The notes under the pieces: model-generated
Database searches by the model: none
Told to the model about the DNA's origin: nothing
The model's input: only the letters and a program-made list of their open reading frames with translations
Part shown: positions 30,869-40,982 of the stretch, piece by piece
Position numbering within the stretch: the first letter of the stretch is position 1
How the letters are laid out: each line of letters starts with the position of its first letter
Origin: Leptonemataceae bacterium
Lineage (GTDB): Bacteria > Spirochaetota > Leptospiria > Leptospirales > Leptonemataceae
NCBI GenBank assembly: GCA_965227295.1
Contig: OZ245742.1
Coordinates: 1,024,001 to 1,088,000 of the forward strand
Reading direction: 5' to 3'
Length of the DNA stretch: 64,000 bases
Program-made: the position numbers and the translations under genes

Positions 30869-31840
30869 GTGGCCGTTCAAATCATCCGTTACCGTTCCGG
30901 CAAGAGCGGCGCACAGTGGGGTGTCGTCGATGGGCGTACCATTCGCCCGGTGTCCGGCACCTATCCGACCACCGCGGATTTTCTACTCAAGGGTTCACCC
31001 CGGGCGCGCAAGCTGGCCGCGGCGAAACGGTCGAAGGGCGCAAAGAAGATCCTCATTGAAAAAGTAGAGATCCTGAGTCCGGTCACGGCCGACGCGCAGA
31101 TCGTCTGCCAGGGCAAGAACTACACCGAACACATCAAGGAGACCGGCTTTCGTCCCGAGGACAAAAGCTACAATCTCCTCTTCACGAAAGCCTCTTCGTC
31201 GCTCACGGGCGCCCGCGGCACGGTCTTACGGCCGCGCGGGGTCCGGCTGCTGGACTACGAACTGGAGCTCGGCCTCGTCATCGGTCGGCCGCCGGAACGC
31301 GGCGGCAGTGTGAATCCGGCGGATTGCGTGGCGGCACTGGTCATCGCCAACGACATTTCCGCCCGGGACATCCAGGTCCCCCAGGGCCAGTGGTTCAAGG
31401 GCAAGTCGTACCGTACCTTCTGCCCGGTGGGACCGTATCTGGTCCTGCTGGATCGAGACGAACTGGACCATCTCGGCGATCTGGAACTCGTCCTGCGGGT
31501 GAACGGGGAAATCCGTCAGCGCGCCCACATGCGGCAGATGCTCTTCGCCCCCGCTGAAACCCTTACGGAAATTGCCGGGCTCATGGAGCTGCGCCCGGGC
31601 GATCTCGTACTCACCGGAACCCCGGCGGGCGTTGCCATGCAGATTCCGCGGGGCTGGAAGGTGAAACTCGCGCGCCTCTTTCTCTCCGAGCCGGCCCTCA
31701 TGAAAAAATTCGTGGAATCACAGGCGGCTTCCGGTCGCTACCTCAAGGACGAGGATGTCATTCACGCGAGCATCCGCAACTCCGACGACTCCATCGACCT
31801 GGGTATGCAAGAGCTGGTGATCAAGAGTGTCACCGGCTAG
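30869..31840 (+). CDS. Fumarylacetoacetate hydrolase family protein
   Basis: CQGKNYTEH, LDYELELG, NDISARD, KGKSYRTFCPVGP, PGDLVLTGTPAGV. Confidence 0.92.
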   Translation: MAVQIIRYRSGKSGAQWGVVDGRTIRPVSGTYPTTADFLLKGSPRARKLAAAKRSKGAKKILIEKVEILSPVTADAQIVCQGKNYTEHIKETGFRPEDKSYNLLFTKASSSLTGARGTVLRPRGVRLLDYELELGLVIGRPPERGGSVNPADCVAALVIANDISARDIQVPQGQWFKGKSYRTFCPVGPYLVLLDRDELDHLGDLELVLRVNGEIRQRAHMRQMLFAPAETLTEIAGLMELRPGDLVLTGTPAGVAMQIPRGWKVKLARLFLSEPALMKKFVESQAASGRYLKDEDVIHASIRNSDDSIDLGMQELVIKSVTG

Positions 31841-31966
31841 CCGCACCCGGGTGGTGATTTTTTTGGTGCCGTTTTCCGTACCGAATGTCTAACTAAATAT
31901 GTGAAGGACAGGTCCGTGAGCCCTGCTCATGTCTTATCTTTCCGTACCGTAGAAACCTGAGAATGT

Positions 31967-32000
31967 GAGGGGTCCCGTGCAATCCGGGGCCCCTCTTTTT
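31967..32000 (+). terminator. Rho-independent terminator
   Basis: 11-bp stem gaggggtcccg/cggggcccctc (one G-U), 7-nt loop, followed by TTTTT. Confidence 0.75.
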
Positions 32001-32006
32001 ATGTAC

Positions 32007-32714
32007 TCAATGCTCGCCGATGTCGTCCAGGAGCGTGAGCATCTCCCCCGGCTCCTCCAGCAAATGGACCCGCTCCGGGTGTTCGGCCGCGTGAGCGGCG
32101 CAGATCTCCCGGAACGCCTGGCGTTCGCCGGCGTTCTTCGCCCACATTGCGCCCACAAAAACGCCGCTCACCTCCATGGTCGCATCGATGTCCACGGAAG
32201 AATCCCCGACGTAGACGATCTCCTCACCCCGCAGACCCAGGCGGCGGCAGGCCAGCAACAGCCCTTCCGGATCCGGCTTGGGCCGGTTCACATCGTCGTC
32301 GCAAATGCTCGTATCGAAGAGCAGGGGGCCCACGGCGCCGGCGCCGTCCAGCATGCGCATGGTGGACTCGTACGCCGGGCGGCTCTTGCCGGTGACCACG
32401 GCGGTGCCGTAGCCGCGTTCGACGACGGCCCGGGCCGCTTCCAGGGCACCGGGATACGGACCGTCGAAGTGCCCGGGATGATGTTCACTGTAATGGCGGA
32501 TGAAAGTACTGTAGAGTTCGTCGTACCGCGAACGGTACGGCTCATCGAGAAAAAAGCGGATCTCGGCCTTCGGCCGCAGTTCCTCGATCTCGGTGCCGGT
32601 ATAACCGCGGCCGAGGACCTCGTTTAACGTCCGTCGATAACTTTCAATGTACAGGCGCCAGGTGTCGACGAGGGTGCCGTCGAAGTCGAAGAATACACCG
32701 CGGATGCGCGCCAT
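32007..32714 (-). CDS. HAD family hydrolase
   Basis: FDFDGTLVDT, VVTGK, KPDPE, YVGDSSVD. Confidence 0.92.
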   Translation of the reverse strand: MARIRGVFFDFDGTLVDTWRLYIESYRRTLNEVLGRGYTGTEIEELRPKAEIRFFLDEPYRSRYDELYSTFIRHYSEHHPGHFDGPYPGALEAARAVVERGYGTAVVTGKSRPAYESTMRMLDGAGAVGPLLFDTSICDDDVNRPKPDPEGLLLACRRLGLRGEEIVYVGDSSVDIDATMEVSGVFVGAMWAKNAGERQAFREICAAHAAEHPERVHLLEEPGEMLTLLDDIGEH

Positions 32715-32717
32715 GTT

Positions 32718-33248
32718 TTAGAAAATGCCCAGGCCGGCGTAGAACGGCACCGGCAACACGCTGATGACGGCGGTGGCCGCGAGGAAAACGAGGAACGCCT
32801 TCACCGCCTGGAAACGATACACGATGCCGATGATCACGAAGGCCGTAATCAGATACCAGATCCCCGCCAGGCCGCTGATGATCCGACCCACGTCGCCGAG
32901 ACCCGGCGCCGCCGCCGCAATCAACGCCACGAAGATGAGCGAGGCAAACGACAGCGGCCGAAACACGGACCAGTAGTCGGCGCCCTTGCGCCCCGCGATC
33001 ATCGCGAAGACGTGGATTAAGCCGGCATACACGAAGATGCCGACGATCAATCCTCCCACCACGGAAAGCGGCAGGGGACCGAAACCGGCGAACAACGCGA
33101 ATCCCACGGCAATGAGAATGCCCGTAACGATCATGATGACAATGCCCGCCAGGGTCGCCCCGTTCCGCCCCGAAACCGCCTGGATTGTTTTGTTGTTCAG
33201 CGCAAGAATGCGCACGGCTTCCTGTAGTTCTTTTAAGAAATGCTGCAT
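32718..33248 (-). CDS. Membrane protein (Yip1-like)
   Basis: Five hydrophobic segments, co-oriented and closely spaced in operon. Confidence 0.6.
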   Translation of the reverse strand: MQHFLKELQEAVRILALNNKTIQAVSGRNGATLAGIVIMIVTGILIAVGFALFAGFGPLPLSVVGGLIVGIFVYAGLIHVFAMIAGRKGADYWSVFRPLSFASLIFVALIAAAAPGLGDVGRIISGLAGIWYLITAFVIIGIVYRFQAVKAFLVFLAATAVISVLPVPFYAGLGIF

Positions 33249-33254
33249 GATTGT

Positions 33255-34268
33255 TTATGCTCCGATCTTTATGCAAACCTTGCCGAAATGTTTACCGGCT
33301 TCAAGATACTGAAAAGCGGCGACCGAGTCCTCGAACGGAAAGACCTTATCGATGACCGGGTGCAGTTCGTGCAACGCGCAGGCCCGCTGTAGATCTTCGA
33401 AGCCCGCGCGGCTGCCCACCAGCACGCCCTGGATGCGAATGTTCTGCATGAGCACCGGCGTCATGTTGACCGATTGCGCGCCGCCGCCCGCGAGCACGCC
33501 GATCAGACTGATGTGTCCGAAGGGTTTCGTGCTCATGATGGACTGGTCCAACGTACCCGCGCCGCCGACTTCGATCACGTGGTGCGCGCCGGTCATTTTG
33601 GTAATGCGACGCACTTCCCGGGACCAGTTGCTTTTCGTTTTGTAATTGATGACGTGATCCGCGCCGAGCTGCTGCGCGCGTTCGAGTTTCTCGTCGCTGC
33701 TGGACGTGATGATTACCTGCGCGCCCTGCAGCTTCGCAAGCTGCAATGCGAAGATGGACACACCGCCCGTGCCGAGGGTAAGGACGACGTCGCCGGGCTG
33801 CGTGCCGGCCTGCATCATCGCCGACCACGCGGTGAGGCCGGCGCAGGGCAACGTGGACGCCTCTTCGAAACTCATGTAGTCCGGGATTTTGATAACACCG
33901 GTTTCCGGAAAAACGCGGTATTCCTGCAACGTTCCATCCAGCGGCCCGCCAAGAGACGAGCGCAGGGCGTCGAAGTCCGGCTCGCCGGAGATCCAGCCCT
34001 GGGCGAAGTTGCCCACCACGCGATCGCCTTCTTTCCAGAGCTTCACGCCCTCGCCCACGGAGACCACCTCGCCGGCACCATCGCACAGCGGGATCAGCGG
34101 TTTACGCATGCGCGGATTGTACTCGCCGATGACCGTAAGGTAGTCGCGGTAGTTAAGCGAGGCCGCGCGCATGCGCACGAGGATTTCACCCGGGCCGACC
34201 TCGGGCTCCGGCCGCTCCGTTAATTTGAGATGATCGAAACCGAATTCCTGTATTTCAAATGCTTTCAT
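33255..34268 (-). CDS. NAD(P)-dependent MDR (zinc-type alcohol dehydrogenase-like) oxidoreductase
   Basis: [36 protein letters not shown]; start MKAFEI (34268). Confidence 0.92.
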   Translation of the reverse strand: MKAFEIQEFGFDHLKLTERPEPEVGPGEILVRMRAASLNYRDYLTVIGEYNPRMRKPLIPLCDGAGEVVSVGEGVKLWKEGDRVVGNFAQGWISGEPDFDALRSSLGGPLDGTLQEYRVFPETGVIKIPDYMSFEEASTLPCAGLTAWSAMMQAGTQPGDVVLTLGTGGVSIFALQLAKLQGAQVIITSSSDEKLERAQQLGADHVINYKTKSNWSREVRRITKMTGAHHVIEVGGAGTLDQSIMSTKPFGHISLIGVLAGGGAQSVNMTPVLMQNIRIQGVLVGSRAGFEDLQRACALHELHPVIDKVFPFEDSVAAFQYLEAGKHFGKVCIKIGA

Positions 34269-34284
34269 AAGAATCCGCGCGCAC

Positions 34285-35364
34285 TCACTGCGCCGCGGGC
34301 AGCCGAAACTTCGCAATCATCGGGAAGTGATCCGAGATGTGCAGCGTATCCCGGCTGCGAACGCCGTAGGACTCCATTGCGAGTTTCCTCGAATAGAAGA
34401 CGTAATCAAGGGTGCGGTCCGGTTCCGTGATGTCCGGATGATTGCTGAAGTACGTGAAGTATTGTTTGCGACTGGCCGGACCGCTCAGGAGTTCCGCGCT
34501 CACGGTGCTCGGAAAATCGTCGAAGAGTTTCTGCACTTCCGACGGCTCGTTGTAATAGACCCGGGACTGCTCCGGGAGATTGTTCACGGCAAACCCCGGC
34601 GGCAGCAGATTGAAATCACCGGAAATAATCCAGGGATCCTTGCCGGCTTCCAGATCGCCGAGCATCGCGTGTACTTTGCCCACCTGGAGCTCCATGGTAT
34701 TGCTGCCCTGCGCAAAGGCATCCAGGTGTGTATTGAGGCTGTGAAACGTTCCGCCGCCGGCGATCGGGAACTCCACCTGCAGGACCGCGCGGTCAAAGTT
34801 AAACAACTGCGACATGAGCCCCGGGATGCGCGGCAGTTGGTGCCGCGTCGATTTGTCGATTTTATGTTTGCTGATCGTGGCGAGCTTCATGCCCACGGAG
34901 GTCCAGACCTTCGGATGCGGCACGAAGGACGCACGCCAGTAGAACGCGTCCGTATGACAGCGGTACTCCGGCGGCAATTGTTCCAGAAGCAGTTCCAGTT
35001 GATCGTCGTAGTCGGTGTAGCCGGCGCCGTCGTTCACCTCTTGCAGGACCACGATATCCGGCTGCTCTTCGCTGACGATCCGGGCCACTTCGTCCAGCGT
35101 CTTTGCAATGTTCTCCGGGCTGGGGCGCAGGTCGGGCCCGTCGCCGTCGGGCAGATCATACCAGAAGACGTGGTCCTTGCTGCCCATGTACTGAACGTTC
35201 CAGTTGAGAATCTTGACGGATGCGCCGGGCCGTAGCTCGGGGGTGTCCGCCGGACATGTGACCTGGCTCGCTTCGATGTCGGCCGGATGATAGGTGGTCG
35301 TATAGAGCGCAATGCCGAGGGCGGCGAGGATTACCAGAACGGTGAGCAGCAGTTTTTTGATCAT
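34285..35364 (-). CDS. Endonuclease/exonuclease/phosphatase family protein, membrane-anchored
   Basis: [39 protein letters not shown]; start MIKKLL (35364). Confidence 0.9.
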   Translation of the reverse strand: MIKKLLLTVLVILAALGIALYTTTYHPADIEASQVTCPADTPELRPGASVKILNWNVQYMGSKDHVFWYDLPDGDGPDLRPSPENIAKTLDEVARIVSEEQPDIVVLQEVNDGAGYTDYDDQLELLLEQLPPEYRCHTDAFYWRASFVPHPKVWTSVGMKLATISKHKIDKSTRHQLPRIPGLMSQLFNFDRAVLQVEFPIAGGGTFHSLNTHLDAFAQGSNTMELQVGKVHAMLGDLEAGKDPWIISGDFNLLPPGFAVNNLPEQSRVYYNEPSEVQKLFDDFPSTVSAELLSGPASRKQYFTYFSNHPDITEPDRTLDYVFYSRKLAMESYGVRSRDTLHISDHFPMIAKFRLPAAQ

Positions 35365-35392
35365 GGAACACGTCTCGAAAGTATTTGTAGGG

Positions 35393-35420
35393 TTGACGGA
35401 TGGTAAAGGTATTATACAGT
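35393..35420 (+). promoter_or_regulatory. Possible sigma70-type promoter
   Basis: TTGACG-N16-TACAGT in the divergent gap upstream of the 7TM-DISM gene. Confidence 0.35.
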
Positions 35421-35439
35421 CCGCGCGATCAACGGTTTC

Positions 35440-37455
35440 ATGAATCAAAACCGGCGGTCGCGCGTGAGAGCGTGTCGGGACGGCAGTGTGCGTAAAGTCA
35501 AAAATCCGCACTCCCTGTTTTTCGTGATGGCCGCGCTGTTCGCAACGGCCGCTTTCCAGGGAGCGCACGCCGAAGGCGAGCCGGAAGCCGGCCCGGCAGT
35601 ACGTCTTTCGGAAGTCTCCGGCGCGGGTTACGTCAGTCCGCGCTTCGAATGGTTGGTCGACGAATCATCCACGCTGAGCTTCGAGGACGTGCGCCGGCGC
35701 GATTTTCCGCGGCGCTTCTCCGCGCCCTTCCCGAACTTCGGCCCCTCACGGTTTCCCGTGTGGGGGCGAATCCGCCTGCACAACGATCGGGACACCGGCG
35801 TAACACGGCGCCTGGTCCTCACCAACGCCCGCATGTGGGAGATCGATTTGTATCTGCGCGGTTCCGGCTCAGAGGACTGGCAACACCGACGGAGCGGCGC
35901 GCGCATCGCCTTCCACGAGCGCGAGGTGCAGGCCCACGACTTCGTATTCATACTGCACTTCGAACCGGGCGAAACCAAAACGATCTACGCCCGCTTTCGC
36001 AATCGCACGACGCTGCAAATCCCGTTGCGGCTGTTGGACCGCGACGGCTACGACGCCCTGCGCAACGTCCAGCGCTTCGGCTACGGATTCTTTTTTGGGA
36101 TCATGGCGGCGCTGGCGCTCTACAACCTGCTGTTGTTCGCGGCGTTACGGGATCGCAATTATCTCTACTATGTGGTGCTGCTTACGTTGATGGCCCTGTT
36201 CATCGGCGGTTTCCTGGGATTGAATTACCAGTACCTGTATCCCTGGTCCGCGGAATTCAATCACCTCGCGCTGCCCGCCGTGGGTCTGACCGCGGTATTG
36301 TTCGTGGGCCTGTTCACGATCGGCTATCTGCAAACGGCGCGGCTCATGCCTCGCGTGCATCTCATCTTGCAGGTGCTCATCGGCGGGGCGGCCCTGGCGA
36401 TCCCGCTGGATCTGATGGGCTGGACCGGCTACGCCACCGTGCTGGGAACCGGCGTCTCGCTGTGCATGTCCGTCACGGCGATCTACGGCGGCGCGTATCT
36501 CTGGCGCGGCCGGCGCTACAATCATGCGCGCTTTTATACGATTTCCTGGGGCATCTTCTTCGCCGCGGTCACCGTGCACGGCCTGATCCAGTTCGGCGTC
36601 TATACTTCGGCGCTGCTCATGAACCACGTCTTAATGTTCGGTACGTCGCTGTTTGCGATCTCGTTATCGCTGGGTATGGCCTGGCGCATTCAATTGATGG
36701 ACCGCGATCGTCTGGAAATGGAAACGCAGATGGAGATTGCGCGGGAGATTCAGCAGTCGCTCTTGCCGGGAGCAGCCCCGGAGCGCGATGATCTGCGCGT
36801 GGCCTATCTCTACAAACCCATGCAGAAAGTCGGCGGGGACTTCGTGGACTTCCACATCCGTGAAGACAACAAAGCGCTCTTTACGATTGCCGACGTCACG
36901 GGCCACGGCGTACCCGCCGCGTTGCTCGCTTCGATGATCAAGATGGCCCTGCCCGCCTGTTACAACGTGATGGAAGATCCTTCCCGGGCCGTACGCAAAC
37001 TTCACGAACGCATGCGCCCGCGATTGAGCGGTCATCACATCACGGTGTGTTTTTGTTATCTTGATCTCAGTACGGGCCTCGTGCGTCACGCAAGCGCGGG
37101 ACACCTGCCCGTACTCCGGGTCAACGCAAAAGGGGAACTGCACGTGATGGAGAAACCGGCCATCCTGCTGCATCCGCTCATCGAGCCGCAAAGCGAAAAC
37201 CAGGAGGTGCAGTTGGAACCGGGGGACACGTTGCTTATGTACACCGACGGCCTGACCGAGACGGTCTCGCCCACCGGCGAAGAATTCGGTGAAGAACGCC
37301 TGCGTAAACTGGCGACGGAGCTGGGCTTTCTTCCGCCGGCGGACCTGTGCAGTGAACTCCACGAGTACGTGAGTCTCTTCAGCGGCGACGTCGACGCGAC
37401 TCAGGACGATTTCACGCTGTTAGCCTGGCAGTACCTGGGCAATGCGCGCGATTGA
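35440..37455 (+). CDS. 7TM-DISM sensor fused to SpoIIE/PP2C phosphatase
   Basis: Extracellular DISMED2-like region, YNLLLF..RD..YLYY 7TM start, AREIQQSLLP, VGGDFVD, ADVTGHGVPAAL, YTDGLTE, DDFTL; true start may be downstream. Confidence 0.92.
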   Translation: MNQNRRSRVRACRDGSVRKVKNPHSLFFVMAALFATAAFQGAHAEGEPEAGPAVRLSEVSGAGYVSPRFEWLVDESSTLSFEDVRRRDFPRRFSAPFPNFGPSRFPVWGRIRLHNDRDTGVTRRLVLTNARMWEIDLYLRGSGSEDWQHRRSGARIAFHEREVQAHDFVFILHFEPGETKTIYARFRNRTTLQIPLRLLDRDGYDALRNVQRFGYGFFFGIMAALALYNLLLFAALRDRNYLYYVVLLTLMALFIGGFLGLNYQYLYPWSAEFNHLALPAVGLTAVLFVGLFTIGYLQTARLMPRVHLILQVLIGGAALAIPLDLMGWTGYATVLGTGVSLCMSVTAIYGGAYLWRGRRYNHARFYTISWGIFFAAVTVHGLIQFGVYTSALLMNHVLMFGTSLFAISLSLGMAWRIQLMDRDRLEMETQMEIAREIQQSLLPGAAPERDDLRVAYLYKPMQKVGGDFVDFHIREDNKALFTIADVTGHGVPAALLASMIKMALPACYNVMEDPSRAVRKLHERMRPRLSGHHITVCFCYLDLSTGLVRHASAGHLPVLRVNAKGELHVMEKPAILLHPLIEPQSENQEVQLEPGDTLLMYTDGLTETVSPTGEEFGEERLRKLATELGFLPPADLCSELHEYVSLFSGDVDATQDDFTLLAWQYLGNARD

Positions 37456-37527
37456 CGTCATCGAATTTACATTAACATCCGCGAAAATTCTCCTTTGCGT
37501 CGTCGCCGTGGTGGCCAGGCTATCCGC

Positions 37528-38817
37528 ATGAAGTGGCGGGAACACTACGATCAACATCTCATGAGCGCGCAGGATGCTCTGCGGCATGTGCAAAGCGGCC
37601 AGCGAATCTTCCTCGACGGCAACGCTTCGATTCCCTGGACCATCGTGAACGCGCTCATCGAGCGAGATAAAGAACTGGAAGACGTCGAGTTGAACCACCT
37701 GCTCGTCTTCGGCAAAGATCCGTTTCAGGGTTGCTGCGGCATTCGTAACAACGCCTGGTTCCTGGGGCCCGGCGTACGTAACGCCGTAAACGAAGGTCGC
37801 GCCGATTACATTCCCATCTTCCTGTCTGAAATTACGCAACTCGTGCGCGGCGGTAACTGGCCCATCGACGTCGCCCTCATCAACTGTTCGCCGCCGGACC
37901 GCTACGGTTTCATGAGTCACGGCATTGAGGTTTCGATCACGAAGCCGTGCGCCGAGGCGGCGAAGTTCGTCATCGCCCAGGTGAATCCCGCCATGCCGCG
38001 AGCACTGGGGGATTGTTTTATTCATGTGAGCGAAGTGAACGCCTTCGTCGAAGCCGAGGAATCACCGCTGGAAATTCCCGTGGGCACACCGAGCGAAACG
38101 GAAATGGCCATCGGCAAAAACGTGGCGAGCCTGGTGGAAGACGGCGCGACGTTGCAGATGGGCATCGGCGGCATTCCGAATGCAACCCTCGCACAGCTCG
38201 GCGACAAACACGACCTCGGCATTCACACCGAAATGTTCTCGGACGGCATCCTGCCGCTGCTCGAAGGCGGGGTCATTACAAATCAGAAGAAAGGCTTTCA
38301 TCGCGGTAAGATCGTATCGAGCTTCGCCATGGGCAGCCGCGAGCTGTACGATTACATCGACAACAATCCCATGTTCGAGTTTCGCCCGTCGCACTACGTA
38401 AACGATCCGTTCCTGATTGCGAACAATGAAAAGATGACCGCCATCAACTCGGCCATCGAAGTGGATCTTACGGGCCAGGTGTGTTCGGACAGCATGGGCG
38501 AAACGATCTACAGCGGCATCGGCGGCCAGGTGGATTTCATTCGCGGGGCGGCCCGCTCGAACGGCGGCAGGCCCATCATCGCCCTGCCGTCCACTGCGCG
38601 CAAGGGCCAGGTTTCGCGCATCGCCGCGCGGCTGTCGCCCGGAGCCGGGGTCGTGACGAGTCGCGGCGACGTGCACTACGTCGTCACCGAGTACGGCATC
38701 GCCGATCTCTTCGGCAAAAACTTACGCCAGCGGGCCGAGGCGCTGATCGAGATCGCGCACCCGGATTTTCGCGGCGAGCTGCGCCAGAAATCGCGCTGGG
38801 CCTTAAAGGATCGCTGA
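37528..38817 (+). CDS. Acetyl-CoA hydrolase/4-hydroxybutyrate CoA-transferase family
   Basis: GRADYIP, TLQMGIGGIP, HTEMFSDG, SGIGGQVDF, VVTEYG, IAHPDFR. Confidence 0.93.
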   Translation: MKWREHYDQHLMSAQDALRHVQSGQRIFLDGNASIPWTIVNALIERDKELEDVELNHLLVFGKDPFQGCCGIRNNAWFLGPGVRNAVNEGRADYIPIFLSEITQLVRGGNWPIDVALINCSPPDRYGFMSHGIEVSITKPCAEAAKFVIAQVNPAMPRALGDCFIHVSEVNAFVEAEESPLEIPVGTPSETEMAIGKNVASLVEDGATLQMGIGGIPNATLAQLGDKHDLGIHTEMFSDGILPLLEGGVITNQKKGFHRGKIVSSFAMGSRELYDYIDNNPMFEFRPSHYVNDPFLIANNEKMTAINSAIEVDLTGQVCSDSMGETIYSGIGGQVDFIRGAARSNGGRPIIALPSTARKGQVSRIAARLSPGAGVVTSRGDVHYVVTEYGIADLFGKNLRQRAEALIEIAHPDFRGELRQKSRWALKDR

Positions 38818-38824
38818 GTATAAG

Positions 38825-38998
38825 TTAGACGTCCTCGCCCTCAATCACCAGGCGGCGCCAGATTTCGAAAGTGAGCAGCATCCACAGACGAATGCCGTAG
38901 CGACCGGCGCCCTCCTCGATGTCGTAACGCAACAACTGCTGCACGCGTTCCGGATCGAAAATTCCGGCGCGGTGAATCTCTTTGGGACTGAGCTTGCG
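38825..38998 (-). pseudogene. C-terminal remnant of asparagine synthase (AsnB-like)
   Basis: LSPKEIHRAGIFDPERVQQLL...RLWMLLTFEIWRR matches the AsnB C-terminus; the rest of the gene is absent. Confidence 0.75.
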
Positions 38999-39396
38999 CG
39001 ACTCGCGTACACGCCGTTGCGATAGCGTTCCAGGTAGGCGGCCAGAGCAAGGACAACGGCTGAACACAAAAATCCATGAGTTCGCTTCACTAACATCACC
39101 TCAACCATAGCTACCGCCGCCGTCGCCGCCCGCCTGTTGTTGGGCCGAGGCGAGGGCCAGATCCTGGGAGTGCAACATGGCCGTGGCGGTGAGGCCGGCC
39201 AGCATCCCGGCGGACAGCGCTCCTTATCCGGGGTAAAACGCAAACGACCGAATTGTTCCACGGGTCCGCCGATCTGGAAGAGCCCTTGAAAACCCTCGTC
39301 CCGATGTTCGATGACGAGACCGCTGCCGCCGCTTAACTCGAGCGCGCCGGATGTTACGAAGTACATGCCCGCGCGCCCGTATCCAGGTCAAATCAA

Positions 39397-40872
39397 TCAC
39401 GCACGTGCAACGTCGCCGAGCAGCCGCAGCCAGTTGCGGATTTGCGAGAAGATCAGAAACTCCCGGTAGGCCCGGCGACGACCGCTCTCGCCCTGGAGAT
39501 CTCGCGCCGTGGTATCCGCGAGCATGGCATCCAGGGTGTCGGCGATTTCCTGCGCATCCTCCGGGTTCGCGACCAGGCGCCCGTCAATATGATCACGAAT
39601 TTGCTGGCGCAGACCCACGGCCTGACTGCCCATCATGGCGATGCCCTTCCACATGGCCTCGGTGGCCGTGAGGCCGAAGCCTTCTTTCAGCGAGTTCTGC
39701 ACGACCACCGTCGAACAACGTTGCAGGGCATTGACCATAAGGGCGTTGTGTTTGCGCGATTGCATGGGCAGCGCGATGATCGCCACGTCCCGCTGAAGTT
39801 CCGGTGCTAATTGTTTGTACATGGCGATTAGCTCTTCCAGCACCTCCCGGCCTTCGGGGTCATCCTGAATGGACGCCGGGTCCGGGCCGGCCAGGACCAG
39901 GCGCAGCAATTCGAGGCGGCGCCTGTGCTGCGGATCGCTGACGCTGCCGTTCAGTTTTTCTTTGAGCTTCACGAAACCTTCGAGTAACGCACCGTAGCCC
40001 TTCAATCGGTCCCAGCGCGAGACCTGCGTTACGATGGGCCGAAACAGCAGGCCGATCTCCTCCGGCTCGTTCGCCGGACCGAAGCTGCCGTCGCTCTGCA
40101 AACGTTCGACGGTAAATTCAAATTCCGGCGTGAGCACGGGTTGATGCGCGACGGCCAGGCGCGCGTTGCACAGGATGCCGACGATCTTGTGCGCGGAGAG
40201 CGGGCGGTTTTTATGCGACAACGGATCGATGGAAGGATAGATGATGCGCGAGCGACCGGTGAAGTAAGTGGGAATGTACTCCGTCGCCGAGAAGACGCCG
40301 GCGTCGTACTCGTTTGAGTAGTCGCGCAGGAATCGCCACACCGAGGATGTCACGTCGATGCGCTCCGCCGTGCCGATGTGGCAGCGCCAGATCGTTTTGA
40401 GTCCGGGAATCCTTCGGGCAATCTCGGCGCCCAGAGCCATGGGCTGCGGGTCGTGGACCACGAGGATGTCGTCCGCTTTGATGCGCGGCGCCAGGGACTC
40501 GGCGTTGCGATGATTGACGTCCTCGTAGGCGGAACGCTCGGCGTCGCTCACGCCCGGCACGCCGCTGCCGTGGATCATATTGTGTAAGCGCTTGGTAAAA
40601 TCGAAGAAGTCGTTTCGGTCGGCATTGATGACGGCCCACTCCACGGAAACGCCCAGTTCACGAAAGATGCTCACCATCTTCGGCATCATCTCGGCCACGC
40701 CGCCGCCGCGAGCGGTACTGTTCACCATCCACACGGTACGACCCTGGAGGTGCGGCACCAACTGCTGCGCCTCCGCACGCAACTCGCGCACGGCCGGCGT
40801 GAAGTCCGGTGATTTTTCGTAGTCGGCCAGGGTCAGCCGGCCGGCATCACTGACGTCGACGATTTCGATCAT
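39397..40872 (-). CDS. TreT-like trehalose synthase glycosyltransferase (GT4)
   Basis: VNSTARGGGVAEM, TKRLHN, HDPQP, WRCH, PSIDPLSHKN, QVSRWDRLKG, QNSLKEGFGLTATEAMWK. Confidence 0.88.
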   Translation of the reverse strand: MIEIVDVSDAGRLTLADYEKSPDFTPAVRELRAEAQQLVPHLQGRTVWMVNSTARGGGVAEMMPKMVSIFRELGVSVEWAVINADRNDFFDFTKRLHNMIHGSGVPGVSDAERSAYEDVNHRNAESLAPRIKADDILVVHDPQPMALGAEIARRIPGLKTIWRCHIGTAERIDVTSSVWRFLRDYSNEYDAGVFSATEYIPTYFTGRSRIIYPSIDPLSHKNRPLSAHKIVGILCNARLAVAHQPVLTPEFEFTVERLQSDGSFGPANEPEEIGLLFRPIVTQVSRWDRLKGYGALLEGFVKLKEKLNGSVSDPQHRRRLELLRLVLAGPDPASIQDDPEGREVLEELIAMYKQLAPELQRDVAIIALPMQSRKHNALMVNALQRCSTVVVQNSLKEGFGLTATEAMWKGIAMMGSQAVGLRQQIRDHIDGRLVANPEDAQEIADTLDAMLADTTARDLQGESGRRRAYREFLIFSQIRNWLRLLGDVARA

Positions 40873-40982
40873 GTCGATCAGCCTGGCACCCCCGACGATG
40901 CTGTCCACCGGAAGTCTCGCCATTGACATGCGCGTCCATGGATTGCTTGCGCCGTGCGACGGTCGCGAGCGAATGGCACGCT

